From contig OX597822.1 in assembly GCA_951406725.2 (NCBI GenBank), forward strand, positions 48,732,001-48,796,000: 64,000 bases of DNA. Direction: 5' to 3'. Position numbers and translations under genes: made by a program. This DNA comes from Octopus vulgaris (taxonomy: Eukaryota). Positions 56,156-64,000 of this stretch are shown here, in pieces. Numbering within the stretch: position 1 is the stretch's first letter; the number at the start of each line of letters is the position of its first letter. The notes beneath the pieces are model-generated. The model was not told the DNA's origin. It did no database searches and was given only the letters and a program-made list of their open reading frames with translations.

Positions 56156-57624
56156 TGTGTGTTTATGTATGTTTATACATACATGTGTATGCCATGTCAA
56201 TCTTAACACTACTGGTAAAATGTAACCTTGTAAATTCTGTTTCGTGGTTGGGCCATTGGCAACAAAATAAGCAATCTCATCAAGCCTGCCTGGTAAGGAT
56301 TTATGATGGACACCCAGCAGGATGAATAGCAAAACTTCTCACAGGACAGAGGAACTTGGTAGAGTCACCAGCCACCCAATGGCTGGGAGTGAGAGACTCC
56401 TAGTCTTTCATTAAAGATTTCTCTTAGAAACAGAAAACTCTGATGGAGGACCTGTGACTTAGTTTGCATCCAGAGATGCAGACTAGTTCTTCTTTTGGGG
56501 CAAATGCATACACTGTAACCCTGTTGGTGCAGTTGCCACTTAAAAGCACCTAGTCTACCCTGCTGAGAGGTTGGTGTTTGGAAGAGCATCCAGCTGAAAA
56601 AAACTCCTGCCAAAACAGTCACTGAAGTCTGGTGCAGGCTTCTACCTGGCTGGCTCTTGTGAAACCATCCCACCCATGCTAACATGGAAGGCAGATCTTA
56701 AACGATGATGATGATGTTTACAGAATGGAAGCGGCTCAATACAAGACCTTTCCTCACTTTAAAAAGCTTTAAGCAAAGGCATCACAGGATTTTTAACACC
56801 TCTCTTATGTATTGCATGCCACAGCCAAAATTAGCATAACATTCAGAGAAAAATTCCATAATGTAATGTAGGTATGGGTTAGAGTGTGGGGGTGGGGCAG
56901 TAAAATCTCTGAACACCTGCTGCAAGAGACGCCCAGCATTGCCGCATCTGTGCAAAAGAATGCAAGTCCATTGCAAGACTGGAAAGCAGCATCTGTGGTA
57001 ATCATGTTTAAGAGAACAATCCATTGATGGCTTTACTGAAAATCAAGTTCTGGCCATTATGTATGTATGTATGTATGTATGTATGTGTATCTATAAATTT
57101 AGTAAGTAGGTAAGTAGGAAGGTATGTAAGTAGGTGTGCATGTGTGTGTGTAAAATGAGTGGAATGGCAATAAGTTAACACCTGAAAAATTAATTACATA
57201 AATATGTTGCAACATCATGAAATGAATATTATTGTATGCTGGGACTTTTATTTTATTACGCTACAGTAAACTCTGCTCTTTTGGCGTTGAGTACTTCATT
57301 ACTTTTACCCAATAATCACATTTCTAACCCCCACCCTCTCTCTCTCTCTATGTCTTTCACCCTTTCTGTCTCTCTCTCTCACTCTGCATACATGTGTGTG
57401 TATACACATGTATATACATACATACATGCATGCATGCATGCATTCATACATAAATACATACACACACACACACATATATTCACAAACACATATATATATT
57501 TTTATATGTATCCATAGATGTATGTATAAGTGTGTGTGTGAATGTGCATGTGTATATGTAATTGTATTTGAGTGTATAATGTATGGTTTCGTATATATTT
57601 ATGTGTATCTACATATATATATAT

Positions 57625-57657
<33 letters not shown>

Positions 57658-58365
57658 GCTTAATGTCCACCTTCTATGCTAGCATATATATATCTTATCT
57701 TTTACGTGTCTCAGTCATATATATATGTACACATATACACACACGCATATATGTGTATATTATATATATATATGCAAACATATATATATATATATATATA
57801 TATATACGTATGTGCGTGTGTATTTATGTATGCATGTATATATGCATAAGAATAGATATGAATATGTAATTATATATTCATATGTATGTGTACACACACA
57901 CACACACGCACACAATCACACACACACACACACACTCACACTCACACACTACAAACACATATACACATGGTCACCGTCACTTTCTATATAATTGTAGTGC
58001 ACAGGAAACCAATCCATCAGCCCATGTGACACGCAACCACTGTGCGATCACACCATTCTCCCTAAGGAAACCACTTGAAGCCTTCCTCTGTTGTTCAATT
58101 ATCTCCCTTGATACAATTAGATTTATGTACACAGCACTTCATTATTAACATTTATGGTGATAAGCTTTGCTGGATTAATATCATTTGCTCTTTATCCCAG
58201 CTCCCTCCCTACAACTTTCACTCATATATATATCATGCATATGTGTGTGTGTGTGTGTATATATATATAAATATATATATACATGCATATATATACATAT
58301 ATATATATATATATGTATGTATATATGTATGTATATATAAATATATATATGTATTTATATATATG

Positions 58366-58396
<31 letters not shown>

Positions 58397-58483
58397 GTAT
58401 GTATATATATATGTATATATGTATATATGTATATGTATGTATATATGTATATGTATGTATATATGTATATATGTATATATGTA

Positions 58484-58515
<32 letters not shown>

Positions 58516-58553
58516 CGTATGTATATATGTATATGTATGTGTATATATATATA

Positions 58554-58592
<39 letters not shown>

Positions 58593-58860
58593 GTATATGT
58601 ATATGTATGTATGTATGTGCACTCATACACGTGTGTGTGTGTGTGTGTGTGTGCGTGTGTTGTTTTCTCTGTCATAGTGTCACTATTTTATCTGATACAA
58701 ACTTTTGCCACTTCCTCTCTCTCTCTCTCTTTCTCTCTCTGACAGTTTTTCTGTATTTGCAAATACTTAGATGTATATGCATATGTATGTATATCAATAT
58801 GTGTGTGTGAGTATACATGCATTGACACCTACCCACATACACACACACACAATGTATATA

Positions 58861-58898
<38 letters not shown>

Positions 58899-59275
58899 CA
58901 TACATTAATCCCTGAGTCAGAAGAAAGAAACAAGCACTCATGTGTCAGATAATATTGTAGGTATTATTGTTGTTGTTGTTGTTGTTATTCATGTAATATT
59001 ATATTATAGTGTGACGATAGTTAAATAACAACCAAGTGGTTTCATGCCAGAAATGATGTGTCAAATCAATCAATCATCAGAAACGGCTGAATAAGATGGT
59101 ATGGTGGTTGACTCTTTACCACTGGAGGCCTAAAAGCATTACATCCTGTTGATGGTCTTAGAACAAAATCCATAGACAACATCCCTCTGATTAAAACCCA
59201 AAGTGGGAAAAGAGTATTTTGTCCACAAAGAGTTTATCCCTTGCATTGCAGTTTAGGCAGTCTAATAATCCACCC

Positions 59276-59308
<33 letters not shown>

Positions 59309-60099
59309 AGCTGTGTTTTAAATCCAGGTTTTGTCCCCTTTAACCGGGGTGGCCAGATTTACCTCAATGCCATAGCAACCGATGTAGGCAGGTGCAGCCC
59401 AACCCAACCTTTGAGCTGGCTGGTGCCCATTGTCCCTTGCTATCATGAGGCTTTTTTGGAGCTGGATTTTCAACAGGGAGCATGCCCTTGCTTACCCCTA
59501 ACTTCAGTTTCTAGACATAAGTCATCCCGAGACTAAGGCCTCTACCACAATTTTTAAGAAATGTGGTGGAAAACTAGCTCAGGAAGGCAGGGATGCTACT
59601 CCCTAAGACCCCTTTCAGAGCCTCCCTACCTATATAAGATATTTGATTGTAGGATATGACGTGGATTAAGGTGGTTTAGGACAGAGGCACGATGGAGGGG
59701 GGGTAGAGTATTGTGGATGGAGCAGGTGGTGGAGGGGTAATTTTAAAATTATGTTCACTTAAGAATGCAAAAACTGGAAAAATATTGGTTTCAAATTTTG
59801 GCCAGCAAATTTGGCAGAGATGAGTAAGTTGATTATATCAACCCCAGTGCTCAACTGGTACTTATTTTTTTTTTACCCCCAAAAGGGTGAAAGGTAAAGT
59901 TGACCTCAGCAGAATTTGAACTCAGAACATAAAGACGGATGAAATGCTGCTAAGCATTTTGGTTGGTGTGCTAACAATTCTGCCAACTCACTCACCACCT
60001 AAGAGCAGGCAGGGAGAAATATCACAAGGTGTAATGGTCTGCTCACAAGTCTGCCAATTGACTTGATAAAATATAAGATACTGAGCCACAGGCTAGAAG

Positions 60100-60100
60100 G

Positions 60101-60131
<31 letters not shown>

Positions 60132-60675
60132 CCTCCTTCTCCTCCTCATCGTCGTCATTGTTTAACATCCACTTTCCGTGCTCGCATGGGTTGGACAGTT
60201 TGACTGGGAACTGGGAAGCCATCTGGCCACACCAGGCTCCAATCTGATCTGGCAAGGTTTCTACAGCTGGATGCCAACCACTAACACCAACCACTTTGAG
60301 AGTGTAGTGGGTGCTTTTTACATGCCACTGGCACTGGAGCCAGTCAGGCAGCACTGGCATCAGCTATGTTCGGATGGTGCTTTTTATGTGTCACCATCAC
60401 GGGGAGCCAGTCAGGCGGTACTGGCATTGGCCATAACTAAAACTTCCATTTTTGATCGTGATTTGATTTTTGATTTTACTTGGCTCAGTAGGTCTCCTCA
60501 AGCACGGCATGTCACTCGACGATTCAAAGGTACTTCTTAAATGGGCTGGTTATGTGACACTGGTATAGGCTTTGGCTGTGATCTCACTTTACTGGGTCTT
60601 CGCAATCACATCATATCTCCAGAGGTCTCGGCTCCTGTCATTGCCTTTTTGAGGCCCAACATTTGAAGGTCATGA
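60100..60675 (-). mobile_element. Second RTE LINE 3' end, same family
   Basis: Colinear with 35119-35690. Shorter relatives with the same tail at about 40870-41040, 55615-55712, 56500-56716, 60740-60985 and 63530-63630. Confidence 0.7.
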
Positions 60676-62521
60676 GTTCAAATATACAACAGAGTATTTT
60701 GCTGGGTTTCTCTACAGAACACTTTATTTTCACCCCTTCAGTACTACTCCTGACTCCCAATTAAGGGGGTTTTGTCTTGCAAGGTACTTGGTGACCTTCT
60801 CAGTGCTGGTGCCATGTAAAAAGCACCCTGTACACTCTGTGAAGTGGCTGGCATCCAGCTGTAGAGACCATGCTGAAACAGACAACGGAACCTGGTGCAG
60901 CTTCTGGCTTTGCCAGGTCCTCTCAAACTGTCCAACCCATGCCAGCAGGGAAAACGGATGTAAAATGGTGATGTTCATCATGATGCCACCTCTAGGATCC
61001 ATTCTGTTCCAGCTGTGAATCCAATGTGGTATCTTTTACCAATTTTTTACTTCTTTTACTTGTTTCAGCCACTGGACTGTGGCCATGCTGGAGCACCATC
61101 TTCGACCTTAGTATAACAAATCAAATGTGTGTATATATATGTATGTATATATGTGTGTATATATTTATATATATGTATATATATATGTAATATATACATA
61201 TATATATATATATGATTATGATTACTGGTGAAGACTATTTATAAGATTATCCTGAGTCTGGCATATCTGCAGACCCTAAGACCTGATGGCCTATGGCCTC
61301 TTTAAAATACATATATACTTTTATTCTTTTACTTGTTTCACTCATTTGACTGTGGCCATGCTGGAATACTGCCTTAAAGGGGTTTTTCAGTTGAAGAAAT
61401 GAACCCCAGGACTTATTTGTTGAAAGCTTAGTATTTATGCTATCAATCTCTTTTGCCAAACTGCTAAGTTACGGGGATGTAAACACACCAACATTGGTTG
61501 TCAAGTAATGGTGGGGGAACAAACACAGACACACACACACACACATATATATATATACAACAAGCTTCTTTCAGTTTCCATCTATCAAATCTACCCACAA
61601 TGCTTTAGTCAGCCCAAGGTCATAGTAGACGACACTTGCCCAAGGTGTCACCTTGGGGCTAGAGTAGAAGACATTTGCCTGTGAAGTTGCCTTGTAGTGG
61701 GAATGAACCCAAAACCTCATGGTAACAAAATGATCTTCTTAACCACACAGCTATGCCTGTGCTTATGTATGATCTACATGTTTCAATTACAGACACCTGA
61801 TGAGGATCAGAAATGAAATCCAACAAAACTTAGTTTTAAATAGTTTAATAAAAAGTTTGGTTGCATTGAGTTCAATAAATATTGATAAATTCTTGTTTAT
61901 ATCTGAGAAACTTTAACAAAATACAACTGAATCAATCCTGAATTGATATATTGATTACTGATTACTAGTATGATAATTAATCAGCTTCTAATTATATGAA
62001 TCAATCAATGGGTAATTAGCAATGATTTCAGGAAGGCATATTTCAGCGATAAAATTTGATCTTTGTATTACGAGTTAATGAAGTTTGTTTGTTAGTTATT
62101 GGTGTTTCTTGGCCTAAAACATTAAGTTGTGCCTTCTACAGGGTTTTGAGTCTCTTCATCGAAGAGGATACCATTATGGGTGAGGTGGGGGGTGGAGGGG
62201 CGATGGTTTACAGGAAATATCAGCAACATCTATGATAGATTGACTGATGCATATTATGTTCAGAGTTCATTTGACTGCAACCTTGTATAAAGCATACACA
62301 CACACAAACATGCACATACGCAAGCATGCACATGCACATATGCAAGCATGCACATGCTCGTACATGCACACTCACACATGCATACATGTATGCATGTATA
62401 CAAACATACATATGTATGTGTGTGTGTGTGTGTGTATATATATATGTATATATACATACATGCATATACACACACACATATATATACACACTCACACACA
62501 TATATGCATATACATATATAT

Positions 62522-62567
<46 letters not shown>

Positions 62568-62735
62568 GTATACATATATATATTTGAATATCTATATGTC
62601 TATCTATCCCTTTATCCCTCTGCCCGTCTCTCTTTTTCTCTCTCTCTCTTCCTCTATCTATTTATGTGTGTGCGTATACATACATACATATATACATACA
62701 TACATACATACATACATACATACATACATACATAG

Positions 62736-62768
<33 letters not shown>

Positions 62769-63689
62769 TATACATATACATACACATATATATATATGTA
62801 TGTATACATATATATCAATATATATAGGTTTGTGTGTGTTGATATGGAAATGTTCTCAGTTATCTTAACAAATATGGCAGAAAACAAAATTAACCACCCC
62901 CCTCCATCCCTCATATGTCTCGTTTCACAGAATTATTCCAGACGTTTGTCGTTAATTTCAAATATTCTTAGGATTGATTCTCTCTCGTTAAAAAGTCTTC
63001 TTCGTAAAGAGATGATGGAAATGATAAGAAACCTAATTACCGAAATATATTATTTCGTCTCTAAACCTGTGACCAATGACCAAAGATGTTATGACCTCGG
63101 CTTTTTGGCACTGTTTGTTGTTTTTCCTCGATAATTAGTCTGAGGAAAGTGCCACAGATTCTGTAATGTTTACAAAATCATCCCAGCACAAATGCATAAC
63201 AAATATGCTTATTAATTTAGCTGATGCGGAAATAATTAAATCATTACTACCTCTTGCTACTACAAGCAACTGGACAAACGGAAGAATGTAGCACTCAACA
63301 CATTTTGTAGGAGTTACACATCATCATGATCATCATCATCACCATCATCACCACCGCCACCACCACCACTACCATCGCCACCACCACTACCATCGCCACC
63401 ATCACTGCCATCACCACTATCATCACCATCATCACCATCATCATCATCATCATCATCATCACCATCATCACCACCCTCATCACCATCATCCTCACCATCA
63501 TCATCATCATCATCACCACCACCACCACCTGCCAAAACAGACACAGTGGCCTGGGGTTGTCTTCTACCTGGCCAGCTCCTGTCAAACCATCCTACCCATG
63601 CATGCATGGAAGATGGATGTTAAATGACGACAGCGGCTGTGGCAGTGGCGATGACGAAGGAGGAGGAGGAGATGAAGATGACAATGAAG

Positions 63690-63721
<32 letters not shown>

Positions 63722-64000
63722 GAATGAGAAGGAGACGAAGATGAAAGACAAAGGCAAAGAAGACGAAGAAGGAAGAAGGTAGAAGAAAGAAGGAAGAAGA
63801 ATGAGGGAGAAGGAGGGAGGAGGAGGAGGAGGTTTAATTAGGTTCTGTATGATTCACAGTTTCTTGGGCACAGAGGACGGGCCTATCTCATCAGATGTCA
63901 GGAAGAGGAATAATGGATTTGAGACAAATTCAAGATGGCTTCTGGATGTTAAGCTTTTATTAGTCAGCTCATGACACATGGTGTTAATGCTAAGGAAACG

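Noticed and set aside
56900-57000. Cys-Cys containing frame as a further RECK exon
   Set aside because: No convincing acceptor, and the expected W-x-C exon was not found downstream of 51839 in this window.
61791-61830. CTGATGA-GGAT...ATCC motif
   Set aside because: No GAAA or stems I/III; at best a heavily decayed hammerhead.

Overview
Repeat-dominated eukaryotic DNA, most likely an octopus/coleoid cephalopod (inferred from the SINE families and extreme (TA)n/(CA)n/(TAA)n density). Nearly all ORF-track entries are microsatellite artefacts. The window appears to be mostly intron of a plus-strand RECK-like gene: two small, well-bounded exons (13136-13194, 51768-51839) lie about 38.6 kb apart, with a weak candidate first exon at 6621-6777. 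The introns contain a nearly intact 5'-truncated Penelope-like element (RT + GIY-YIG), a degenerate Tc1 transposon with IR/DR ends, R4/Dong-type and RTE LINE 3' fragments, several tRNA-derived SINE families, hAT MITEs, Helitron ends, a disrupted PSTK copy and a CpG-decayed tRNA-Asp copy. The main observation is about 16 minimal type-I hammerhead-ribozyme-like motifs from roughly nine sequence families, read by eye on both strands. They include a G3:C8 compensatory core variant and several inverted (fold-back) pairs. One is a tRNA-headed, hammerhead-bearing SINE-like unit inserted as an inverted dimer with a 16-bp target-site duplication. All homology calls are from recognition of motifs; no database search or folding computation was run.
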